From contig NC_086097.1 of assembly GCF_963921235.1 (NCBI RefSeq), forward strand, positions 79,300,001 through 79,364,000: a DNA stretch of 64,000 nucleotides, given 5' to 3'. This DNA comes from Mobula hypostoma. Taxonomy: Eukaryota. The notes below the pieces were generated by a model, which had not been told where the DNA came from, did no database searches, and saw only the letters and a program-made list of their open reading frames with translations. Positions 1 to 12,231 of the stretch are shown here, piece after piece. Within the stretch, counting starts at the first letter, position 1, and every line of letters starts with the position of its first letter. A program made the translations under genes and the position numbers.

Positions 1-361
1 TGGCTCACTCTTATTTTTACGTTCTCATGGGTGAGTGAAAAGTTAACAGGAACAAGGAGAATAAGGAGCTCAAGGTCATGCTTCATGGAATTGTAGGAGA
101 TTTTACAGCACTCTGCCAACTTAACCGCTAAACTTGTTGATAAACGGTGATCAAGAAAAGACTAGAACGTTGGAAAACTATGCATAATGTTTAACTGGAG
201 AAATCTAAAATACATTGCAATGAATATAAGGAATTATTATTGCTGCCGGTTCTTGACCTACGCATAATACAACTTTTTTCTGAGGAAAAAGTACACAGGA
301 ACCCGATGAAACTGAAGTTTTAAACGAGAGGCTTTTCACGACCTATATAAAAAAATACTAC

Positions 362-472
362 CTTAGGATTTTTCCCCTCTTTGGTGAGCATTGCACGCAA
401 TCGTTCTTGGGAAGGTGGCGCAATGAAGATTATGTAAGGCTTTAAGTCAGAATTGCGCAGAATCCTCAGTGA
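362..472 (-). CDS. PALS1: PALS1 coding exon 12 (GUK); the terminal exon is outside the window
   Basis: ttttgc[45 protein letters not shown]. 111 nt. Confidence 0.96.
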
Positions 473-613
473 CTGCAAAATTAAAAAAAGCAGCAAGCTT
501 AAAAATGACCAATTCTTTCTGGGTATTTTATTATATTATTTATTTATATGTCATTGAAATTCACCTTGTGGAACTATGAATTACTTGAAAGCCCTGGACC
601 ACTTCATCTAATG

Positions 614-690
614 CAGGGGCTCCAATCTGGGGTCTATAAACCCCTTGCTTGGTGGTGTTTGTACATGGCATCAAAAGGTTGGGAACCCTG
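614..690. mobile_element. ~80-bp hAT-like MITE
   Basis: Ends CAGGGGCTCCAA...TTGGGAACCCTG, with degenerate 8-bp flanks atctaatg/atccaaag. Same family as 36687-36766. Confidence 0.6.
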
Positions 691-718
691 ATCCAAAGTA
701 ACATTGTTTTTACTACAG

Positions 719-810
719 TGTCCTGACGAAGGGTCTTGGCCTGAACCGTCGACTGCACCTCTTCCTACAGATGCTGCCTGGTGTTCATCAGCAACTTTGA
801 TGTGTGTTGC
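719..810 (+). mobile_element. 92-bp Penelope-derived mini-insertion carrying a mutated hammerhead motif
   Basis: Matches the 3' end of the Penelope copy at 50746-52017. Flanked by direct repeat ttgtttttactacag (704-718 and 811-825). Confidence 0.8.
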
Positions 811-1626
811 TTGTTTTTACTACAGATCATTTAAACAATAAGATGGTGTACAAGAAATTTCACGTGGATAGTTAAGCCTTCACTGTAAATTTGACAAAAT
901 CTATGCCAAATCAGGTGAGCTTTAGGACAAAAAGTGATGGTTTAAAAAAACATTTTTATTGGATTTTAAAAAAATTGACCTAAAAAAGTAACATTTGATG
1001 GCAGGACTAAAATATCTTGAAAGTGCTAATATCAAAATAAATCAATAGGATATGTCTAAGCAAACTTCAAAAGAGTACAGATGAACTTGCATAGTTTTGC
1101 TCCATAATTATCTACATGAACTAATTTTGTGTAAAATACGCAAAAAGATTTTGCATTCATAATAATCAAAACACCAGGTGTTCAAGTTATTTTCAGGTTC
1201 TGGATTTACTGTTGGTAACAATTGTTTCTTTAACCACTCGACATGGCCCAATTTAAACTATTCCAGTTGTTGCTACAACATTCCCTGTATATGTTTTATT
1301 CCCAGTTGTCTCCAATGCCTGTATTATTTTTAATTCATTCAATATGAAAGTAATATTCTTTTTGTACAAAATTATCAGGATATTCAATATTAACATTTTA
1401 ATTCTTCCACCAATGGAAATCTACCAGTCATAGGTGACTAAGCATGTCCATTTTCTGGCTTTGTGGTAAATCACTGATCATGAGTTTTAAGGAACCAAGT
1501 ATTTTTTCTCTATACTGTATTGTTAACCCTATTTATGCAACAATTATCTCACTGGTATTGCTTTTCAAATTTCTTAATAAAAATACTGCATTGCTACTGG
1601 ATTAGTTCACACACTTTATTGCTTAC

Positions 1627-1829
1627 CTGTGTGTGTAAATTTAACAAGCAAATCTTCCCAGAGTTAATCACTTGTCGTACTGAATCAATACTGGTACCAT
1701 ACAAATTTTTTTCATATTCTCCATATTCGATGAATTTGTTGGTGGCAATGTCAGCTTCAAAAATCTGACGTGCCACAAAGAGGTAATCACGTCCATTCAC
1801 CTCGCTATCTCTCATGGGCCGTGTTGTAT
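1627..1829 (-). CDS. PALS1: PALS1 coding exon 11 (GUK)
   Basis: ttgtAG|(H)[15 protein letters not shown]...[17 protein letters not shown]. 203 nt, preceded by a 76-nt intron. Confidence 0.97.
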
Positions 1830-1905
1830 CTACAAGTTTAAGAATACGAGTTAGAGAGTTCATAACAAACACTACAGTTAAACAAAAATAGTACATGTAA
1901 CTTAC

Positions 1906-2073
1906 GGGGCACTGCCGGAGCAAAACGATCAGCCTCTCTTTCCATCAGCTTCTGTCGCAGTTCATTCTGACCACAGTTTACTGGGCCAATTAAAACTATT
2001 GGCCGTTTCCTACTTGCAGGTTGGTGATAGAGTGACATTTCTTCATATGTCAATATCTCGTCATTGTCATAGT
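1906..2073 (-). CDS. PALS1: PALS1 coding exon 10 (GUK start)
   Basis: ttactAG|(D)[62 protein letters not shown]. 168 nt. Confidence 0.97.
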
Positions 2074-2324
2074 CTAGTAAGGAAGGGAGCAAGACACAGA
2101 GATCCTGAAATTAGTCAAAATACATTAAATTGTTCCTTGAAAAATTTCAGAGATTTATCCATACACATTAACATAGATTTTAGAATAAACTTCTAAATAA
2201 CTTCATCAAATACTTTCTTTTATCTCATGTTAGTTTTATTGAAGCATTTAATGCTGAGAGGGGAATAAGGAGAAGACAAATGCTAAGGTTAGGCTCCTAG
2301 ACTTCATACATTTATGAACCTATA

Positions 2325-2840
2325 TAGAAACATAGGAAACCTACAGCACAATACAAGCCCTTCGGCCCACAATGCTGTGCCGAACATGGCCTTACTTCAG
2401 AAATTACCTAGGGTTACCCTTAGCCCTCTATTTTTCTAAGCTTCATGTACCTATCCAGGAGCCTCTTAAAAGACCCTATTATATCTGCCTCCACCACAGT
2501 CACCGGCAGCCCATTCCACACACTCACCACTCTCTGCGTAAAAAACTTACCCCTGACATCCCCTCTGTACCTGCTTCCAAGCACCTTAAAACTATGCCCT
2601 CTCATGTTAGCCATTTCAGCCCTGGGAAAAAGCCTCTGAATATCCGCACGATCAATGCCCCTCGTCATCTTATACATCTCTATCAGGTCACCTCTCATCC
2701 TCTGTCACTCCAAGGAAAAAAGGCCAAGTTTACTCAATCTATTCTCATATGACATGCTCCCCAATCCAGGCAACATCCTTGTAAATCTCCCCTGCACCCT
2801 TTCTATGGCTTCCACATCCTTCCTGTAGTGAGGTGACCAC
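2325..2840 (-). mobile_element. CR1 LINE 3' fragment
   Basis: ORF 2420-2698 (MRGDLIEMYK...RGHSFKVLG...FFTQRVVSVWNGLP) is a typical CR1 ORF2 C-terminus. Short-repeat tail near 2325. Confidence 0.9.
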
Positions 2841-4070
2841 TCTGAAGCTGTCTTCTTTTTATACTCTTCCCACCGGTCTACCTTGCTGACGCCTGCCCAG
2901 TCGTACCTTGATCAAACCGCTGGAGAAAAAGTGATTTCCTTTTATACTCTTCCCGCCAGCCTAACTCGCTGATGTTCACGCACAGTCGTTCCACAGTCGA
3001 TATGTCAGCTGCTGTGGCACAAAAGGACATTCTTCCCACAGAATACCAGCCAGCCCTAATGATGAACAATTCTGTACAGTGGATCTTATTCTAACAAGTT
3101 TCATCAAAATACTACTCATCCTTTGGGGCTCTTTTCAAGCTCATGTCAGAAGAAATTAACAAATTCCTCACTGCAATTCTCCATGGTAAATCACATATTC
3201 CAGAAAGTCAGCAACTGTTTCAATAAAGTTGACAATTCTAAAGAAGTCTGTCGATTAAAATTTGAAATAGCTATTTTATTTGCCATATACCTGTACACAC
3301 TTTGCAACTTCAACTATGCACACTCAACATGCTTTGACTGGGCAAGTTAACACATAAAATTAAACATGAAAGTTCAAACCACATTTTGCAACTTGATTAT
3401 ATCCACATATTGAAAATGACACCTTCTGCCCAACCTTAGTATTCATCCTTTTCGCTTTAACCCCCTTAGTATCAACCGACTTTCCTTTTTCAGTTGTTTC
3501 TTCCATTATCGTTCTTGTAACATATTCCCTGCCATCCAATACATTAGACTGTTGTTCTAACTTTAAATATCGTCTCATTCCAGAGTCTGCCTGATATTAT
3601 TCAATGTTTCCAGCATTTTCTATTTTTGTTTCGGTACCTGCAATTTATGTTTTTAGTTTTCATATCTGTTCACACTCTCTCTGCTAACCAAGCCCAGATG
3701 CTAACAGGCTGCACTGAGTTTTTCTGTGCATTGTGCAGATTACTCTTGATAAACTGGAAGAGCAGTTTCCGCTTAAAGTACTAAAGGGCCAGAATCATAA
3801 CCATAAGTGTGAAGGCGAGGGAAACAAGGTCTATCTGGACGACTGGCAGCTGTGTAATTAGCCATAACCGAAGTGCATGGTAAATTATCTGCAGTCTTTT
3901 GTGAAAATTCAACGAAATGCTTAGCAGCCTGATTGGCGTGTTAATTGTAGATTAGCATGTGTGTACTTTACGCATATTGAACATGTTTGAGAAGCAAAGT
4001 TATCCATCTTTAAGTATTCGTTGGTTATACTGCACATATGAAATTCCTCAAATTAAAGTTGTACGATTTA

Positions 4071-4193
<123 letters not shown>

Positions 4194-5350
4194 TCAAAAT
4201 CAACTTTTAACCATATGATATACATAGTCACATTTTAGAGAAGGAAAGTAGGAATTAAAACAATTTTATTTTTTAACAAGGAGAGTCTCACACTTCGGTG
4301 AAAACTAAATGTCATCTTGTGATCACAGAACAAACAGCACAGAAGGAAGCCTTCCTTTGTTAATTATTCATTCCAATCTTTGATCTTTTCCCACATAAGC
4401 TTGCAAGTGTTTTACATCAAGTAATTAATCATTTCCCTCAGAAAATTACAATTGCAAATATTTCCACTACCCAATCTGGTACTACATTCCAGAACACAAC
4501 TCGAGATATTAGAAACTTTTAATCCCTCTGTAAACTCAATTTATCTTACAGTGTGGTTGCTGCCTGGATTCAAATATTAACCAAATCTCTCACCCATCAG
4601 CATCATGCTCTAAAGCCAAGCGGGATCAGCTCAGTAACAGCTTTGTTTTAAAAATCTTAATTTTATTCTCAGATCTCTCTTTGTCTTGACCTCCCTATCT
4701 CTGGATTCTCTCAGATTACAATCCTTATTTCTGCTTCATTACAGATCTCTAATGTCACATTGATTTTAATCATTACATCATTCCACCAATTGTCAAAGCA
4801 TCCAAGTTCTAAGATTCTTTTTTAAACACTCTCCATCCATCATTCCTCATTATAAATCTCATTCTGTCTGTCCTAATGCATCCTTGTGTAGTATTCTGTC
4901 CAATTAGGTTTGGTAATGGAGCTCTGAAGCATCTTGGGATGTTTGTTATACTGATGGCAGTAGCCTGAATTTGTATATATTTTTAGTTATTTTGTCAATA
5001 CATGCAAATCCATATCCTTTAATTAGAGATATGATTTTCCAGGAAGAATACACAAATAATATAACAAGAGAATCATTATTTCCAATGGCTTTTGCTGTTA
5101 TTGCAAAGATAGCAAGGGTTTTAGAAGCTTAGGATTTCTTTGTTGACAATTTACATTTTGTCAACTCAGTCTGTTAGTATGTGAATCCACCAAGTTTTCA
5201 TTAAAAAGGTAACTTACAACTGAGCTTTTAACATACAACCATTTGTTATCTAAATTTGTTATCTAAAATAACTGTAATAATTAGGTTATATTAATTCTCT
5301 ACAATAATATTACACCAAATATTATCCAATGTTATGATCTTGGAATCCCT

Positions 5351-7016
5351 GACCTTGGAGGAACTGAGCGAAATACATGTTAGTAGGGAAGTGGTGTTGG
5401 GTAAATTGAAGGGATTACAGGCAGATAAATCCCCAGGGCCAGATGGTCTGCATCCCAGAGTGCTTAAGGAAGTAGCCCAAGAAATAGTGGATGCATTAGT
5501 GATAATTTTTCAAAACTCGTTAGATTCTGGACTAGTTCCTGAGGATTGGAGGGTGGCTAATGTAACTCCACTTTTTAAAAAAGGTGGGAGAGAGAAACCG
5601 GGGAATTATAGACCGGTTAGCCTAATGTCGGTGGTGGGGAAACTGCTGGAGTCAGTTATCAAAGATGTGATAACAGCACATTTGGAAAGCGGTGAAATCA
5701 TCGGACAAAGTCAGCATGGATTTGTGAAAGGAAAATCATGTCTGACGAATCTCATAGAATTTTTTGAGGATGTAACTAGTAGGGTGGATAGGGGAGAACC
5801 AGTGGATGTGCTATATTTGGATTTTCAAAAGGCTTTTGACAAGGTCCCACACGGGAGATTAGTGTGCAAACTTAAAGCACACGGTATTGGGGGTAAGGTA
5901 TTGATGTGGATAGAGAATTGGGTAGCAGACAGGAAGCAAAGAGTGGGAATAAACGGGACCTTTTCAGAATGGCAGGCAGTGACTAGTGGGGTACCGCAAG
6001 GCTCAGTGCTGGGACCCCAGTTGTTTACAATATATATTAATGACTTGGATGAGGGAATTAAATGCAGCATCTCCAAGTTTGCGAATGACACGAAGCTGGG
6101 CGGCAGTGTTAGCTGTGAGGAGGATGCTAAGAGGATGCAGGGTGACTTGGATAGGTTGGGTCAGTGGGCAAATTCATGGCAGATGCAATTTAATGTGGAT
6201 AAATGTGAAGTTATCCACTTTGGTGGCAAAAATAGGAAAACAGATTATTACCTGAATGGTGGCCGATTAGGAAAAGGGAAGGTGCAACGAGACCTGGGTG
6301 TCATTATACACCAGTCATTGAAAGTGGGCATGCAGGTACAGCAGGCGGTGAAAAAGGCAAATGGTATGCTGGCATTTATAGCGAGAGGATTCGAGTACAG
6401 GAGCAGGGAGGTACTACTGCAGTTGTACAAGGCCTTGGTGAGACCACACCTGGAGTATTGTGTGCAGTTTTGGTCCCCTAATCTGAGGAAAGACATCCTT
6501 GCCATAGAGGGAGTACAAAGAAGGTTCACCAGATTGATTCCTGGGATGGCAGGACTTTCATATGAAGAAAGACTGGATGAACTGGGCTTGTACTCGTTGG
6601 AATTTAGAAGATTGAGGGGGGATCTGATTGAAACGTATAAAATCCTAAAGGGATTGGACAGGCTAGATGCAGGAAGATTGTTCCCGATGTTGGGGAAGTC
6701 CAGAACGAGGGGTCACAGTTTGAGGATAAAGGGGAAGCCTTTCAGGACCGAGATTAGGAAAAACTTCTTCACACAGAGAGTGGTGAATCTGTGGAATTCT
6801 CTGCCACAGGAAACAGTTGAGGCCAGTTCATTGGCTATATTTAAGAGGGAGTTAGATATGGCCCTTGTGGCTACGGGGATCAGGGGGTATAGAGGGAAGG
6901 CTGGTGCAGGGTTCTGAGTTGGATGATCAGCCATGATCATAATAAATGGCGGTGCAGGCTCGAAGGGCCGAATGGCCTACTCCTGCACCTATTTTCTATG
7001 CTTCTATGTTTCTACG
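5351..7016 (+). mobile_element. Young 5'-truncated CR1 LINE with an uninterrupted RT and C-terminal ORF2 frame to the stop at 6917
   Basis: Motifs KSPGPDG, NYRPVSL, SQHGF, YLDFQKAFDKV, GVPQGSVLGP and FANDTK. (ttctatg)-type tail at 6994-7014. Confidence 0.95.
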
Positions 7017-8007
7017 TCTCATATCCTGTGGTACAGCTCCTTTCTGCCAGCACAGACAGAGGATTTCATGCAGCAGATGCAGTAGGATAGTCATGTTGTG
7101 TTTGATCAGGTCTGGGGAATCCCATCATTGCCTGATGCCTTCCCTAATGAGACCAAGCTGTTGACGGTTTGCTGAGCTCCTCAAGGTTTGGCTCTGTGTC
7201 CGGTTCTTCCATTGTTGAGAGGCAATCAGTGGCATCCAGGGCTGAGGTGGTGACAGTGTTCACTTTGGAGTAGAGGTAGAGTAATGTTCTATCCATCTCT
7301 CCAACTGTTTGCCCATCTATGATTACTTCTCCATTGATAGATTTGAGGAGAACCATCTTGCTCTGAGGGGGACCAAGGGCTTTCTTGAGGTCTTTGTACA
7401 TACACCTGATATTGCCTGTTAGTGCTGTGATCTGGATGTCTTTCCTGAGCTGGATCCAATACTTGTTGGCTCATCACCTGGAGGTCTGATGAACTTTACT
7501 TCCAGCAGCCTTGAGGATCTGCAGGTTCCTTACAGTTGGTGAACGCTTATACTCTGCTAGGGTAGCACATTTGTCTTCAATGATGGGGTTCACCGCGGTG
7601 GATCTGGCTTCAAATCAGTCATTTGTTTTCGAGATCTTCTTCCCAAAAGGTAACTAAGGCTGTGCAGTACATGGTGTTCCGCAGAAGTTCCTTTTTCTCT
7701 GTGATAGTTTCCAGGCTGTTGAGCACTCAATTCTTTCTCAAAGGATTTATCAAACTGTTCCTGGTCTGGGTGAGACATGTTACTGACAAGAAATCCCTTC
7801 TTGTTTAGCCCTATGGTATTTCTTTGACTGCAGTCTGATCTTGCAACACACCAGCAAGTGGTCTGTGTCACAATCTGTGCTATGGTTGGAACATGTGAAA
7901 AGCACACTGCTGAGGAAGGAGTGCCAGACCAGGATCAAGTCTAGCTGATGCCAGTGTCTAGAGTGAGGGTGTGTCCAAGAAACCTTGTGTTGAAACTTGG
8001 TCTGAAA
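7017..8007 (-). mobile_element. RTE-clade LINE, inverted 5' segment (APE endonuclease end to RT start), decayed
   Basis: The minus strand gives FQTKFQHKVSWTHPHSRHWHQLDLILV ... GAVPQDMR, and continues as DSKIITL at 5350-5327 beyond the CR1. Confidence 0.8.
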
Positions 8008-9225
8008 CAAAGGTGAGAGAAGTGAATGTAACAACTACAGGGCATCTCCCTCTTGAATGATGTTGACAAAGTCTTTGCCCGAGTCTTCTTGGTCCACCTG
8101 CAGAAGTTGGCTGAAGGTGTCTAACCAGAATCTCAAGAATGGCTTCCATGCTGTAAAGTCAACTGTGGACATGATTTTCTATCTCCAGCAACTTCAGAAG
8201 AAGTGCAGGGAAGCCCCTGTACAATGTGTTTAATGATTTCACCAAGGCATTTCACTTGTTCAGCAGTGACGGGCTCTTTCAGATCCTCTCTAAGGTAGGC
8301 TACCCACCAAGGCTACAGAGCATGATCAAATCCTTCCACAACATGTAGGAACTGTGCAGTATGATGGCAGCTCTTTGAGATCTTTAACCTTCTCCTGAGG
8401 CACGCATCTGGCACTGCAACAGAGGGAATCCACCTCCACACTACATCGGATGGCAGAGCCAAACCAAAGTGTACGAGACTACAACCAGAACATGCTGTTT
8501 GCTGATGATACAGCAGTTGCAATCCACACTCTGCAGCATATCCAAAGCTTGACGGATCACTTCTCCGAGCTCTTCAATTAAGTTGGTCTATCAGCCTGAA
8601 AAAGACAAACGTCTTGGGACAAAATGTGAAAGCACCACCAGTCATTACCATTGATAACAACAAAATGGATGTTGTTCATTAGTTCACATAGCTGGGGGCC
8701 ATCATCACCTCTCCTTGGATGCAGAAATCAACAAGCACATTGGGAAGGCTGCAACAACTCTTACCTGCTTCACCACACGTATCTGGAAGAACTCCAAACT
8801 CTCAGTCAAAACAAAGATGACAGTGTACAAAGCTTGTGGTACCATCACACTGCTGAACAGCAGTGAGACCTGGACAACATAAGCTAAGCAGGAGAAAAGG
8901 CTCAACACCCTTCTTATAAGGTGCCTTCATCATATCTCTGGCACCTTCTGGAGAAAGAATATTTGAAACGGAGGTGCTCTCGCGTGCCAGCATCCCTCGG
9001 GTGTATACCCTGCTCAGTCAGTGTCAGCTGTGTTGGGTGGGCCATATCTGCTGCACATAGGATGGCTGCATCCCAAGAGCCATCCTCAATGTGAGCTGGC
9101 TTCTGGCAAGAGAACTGCTGGCCTCCCGCAACTGCACTACAAGTGGGACATGAAGTTGCTGGATATCAATGTTATATCCTGCGAGGAACTTGCAGCCAAC
9201 TGCACCAGATGGTGAAGCACACACT
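8005..9225 (+). mobile_element. RTE-clade LINE, forward RT / 3' segment, decayed
   Basis: NKGERSECNNYRGISLL...VDMIF.L.QLQKKCRE...LFADD-like sequence with stops and frameshifts. Confidence 0.8.
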
Positions 9226-9483
9226 GACTCAAGGCTGTAATTGCTGCCAAAGGTGCATCTACTGACTTGAAGGGGGTGAATACTTGCAATTATTTTGTGT
9301 TTTATATTTATAATTTAGATCACTTTGTCGAGATCTGTTTTCACTTTGACACGAGTCTTTTTCTGTTGATCAGTGTCAAAAAAGACAAACTAAATCCACT
9401 GTGATTCAATGTTGTAAAACAATAACACATGAAAACTTCCGGGGCGGGGGGTGGGGGGTGGTGAATACTTGTTGTAGGCACTG
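9226..9483 (+). mobile_element. Tc1/mariner right-end fragment
   Basis: LKAVIAAKGAST transposase C-terminus. Terminus ...aggcactg followed by TA at 9484. Internal ggtgaatact repeat. Confidence 0.75.
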
Positions 9484-10042
9484 TAAACATTCCGATTATT
9501 TCTGGTCATAAAAGCAGAATTGTACTCTATTGTGGGTGTCAGACTAATTTATTAAGAATAAAGATTTTAAATGGTGAAAATTAGCTCATTGGAGGTTAAC
9601 CAACTGGGAGATGCTTTGATGTCTTTAACTCCAAACTATAATCTTAGCGCAGGAAGAAAGCAAGTATCAAACACATTTAGGAAGTCTCTTCCTTGTTAGG
9701 TACTTTGTTCTTTATTTTAGAAATAATAGTTGAATGGATTTTATGCTCAAGTTTTTATAACCCTAAAAAAATTGTCTTTAGAGTGCATTTGTGCATGGGG
9801 GATGACTGTTCTGTGTCACGGATTACTTCACTTTTATGTCATGGGAAGTGGTCTGTGCTTTATATGATGTAGCTGATTCTAGATATTACTCTTCATGCAC
9901 TCAAATGATATCATATTACAGTGAGTGATCGGGTTTTAAAAGAAAATTTCATGTGGCGCCACTTTTTAACTCAAATCTGAATTGCACTGTAAAAATATAA
10001 TTTCTATGGCTTGAAATTATTTTAGCCAACTTAAAAGACTTA

Positions 10043-10228
<186 letters not shown>

Positions 10229-11365
10229 TCATTTGTTTGTCCAATCCAAAAAGTAACTTGTCAATTATTTTTCCTTTGACCATGCAAAAGACATACTACT
10301 TTGCTGGAGGCTACAAAGATCAACATAATAAAGCTGTCAATTTTCTACAGCCCGAAAGGATGGACTTAAACACCACCTTTACTATGTTGTTGGTAAAGCA
10401 AGGGCAGTAAATAAAATCAGTTTGCTTTGCAGTTGAGCTGTGCAAAGTGAACACAGATACTCCATATCCCAAAATATAGTCAGAATAGTGTTTTCCAGTT
10501 TAAATTTATAAGTATTTAGTTGAGCAAGGATAACATTAAACAAGTCTTCTTGATTTCTCATTAAATTTTAGTTGAAGTCCCTAGTAAGTAGAGCACGAAG
10601 TGCCCTCAATTCCTGACAAGCTTTACAAACCACCAACACTCACTCTTGTTTAGAAATTAATTAGTTCAGTAACATATTAAAATGAAGGCCTCAATACAAA
10701 GATGACATTAATATATTACCATAATGAAATAATATCAACAAACTTTTAATAGATTTATGGTAAAGGAAGACTAAATGCAGAACAGTTCTCAAAATCAGGA
10801 GCAACTTAACACAAATTGAGATCAAAGTCAGCCATCAACTATTTTCAGAAAACACCATTTGAACAGCAAGGCACATATTCAGAAACATAATACTTACTGG
10901 ACGAGAGGTCGGTCAGTCAGCCGTAAGGCAACAGCTTGACCATTGATCTCCTCTTGGTATGAACTTGGCAAAAACAATGAAAGATATTTCTGCTTTTTGT
11001 GCATCAATATCATTGAGTCACATAGGCAGAAAAAAGGGACATGGTATAGATGGGCCCACAAATACTAGGAAATATGATTGTGGATACAATATACCACAGA
11101 CTTAAAGCTCAAAGCAGTTTTGGCGGCTTCAAAAACTGTCAAGCTTTTCACAAAAAGCTGAACATCTTAATTCTGGGAAACATTGAAAAGTCTTTTTGAA
11201 TTAAGAGGCCATGAGCTAGTCTTCGTAAATCTTCAGAGGAGTTGTGACCAAGGATTGAACCTTGTATTGTTTTGAATTTTGGAGTACACTGCACAGCTGT
11301 AAAATAGCTGTCAGCAATTTTGTGATCGACAAGTTTGGCTAACAAGTTTGTGTGGATTATTCTTA

Positions 11366-11677
<312 letters not shown>

Positions 11678-12231
11678 TTACATTTCAATGAAAAATTAAA
11701 AATCATCAATTACCATTGTAATGCAGCAGAGTAGGGAGCTAGAGATCCAAATCGTGCTTTTACACGAGTATTTTTATTATATCTACGTTCTCATTAAAGC
11801 ATATTTTCCCAGGGGTTAATTAAAATAAAAAAAAGTTCAGCAGGAACTTTTGACTGCAAATATATTCACTGCTCTTAATAAGTGCACTTCAAACATACTG
11901 GCAAATCAATTACACAATTTATAGCTTTTAAACATTAAATTTGTATTGTTGATTATAAACCAAGGAGAGAAATAAGCATTGTCCCAATTTTTCATTTGAA
12001 AGATCTCAGTAAATATTCTCTAAAGGTGGAAGAAAAGCACTTTACCACATCCACAAAGCACAAATATTCATATTTCAATTAATTCAACTACTTTAAAAGA
12101 ACAGATGTATTAAGGTTACTACCATTAAAACAGAAATCTATTTGATAAAGGAAAAACTTGCAACGCAAGTTTAAAATAATTCAGATTAGTCATGGTTTGG
12201 TTCTTAGATATTTTACATAAAGCTCACTTAC

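Noticed and set aside
3360..3600. Lys/Glu-rich 72-aa minus-strand ORF in the HOOK-GUK intron as an extra PALS1 exon
   Set aside because: Its upstream flank (atgctggaaacattgaa...tcaggcag) resembles the decayed Penelope-type repeat end, there is no polypyrimidine tract, and the donor is weak.
5334..6917. 527-aa ORF as a host or domesticated RT gene
   Set aside because: It is a 5'-truncated CR1 with its repeat tail; the ATG comes from flanking RTE sequence.
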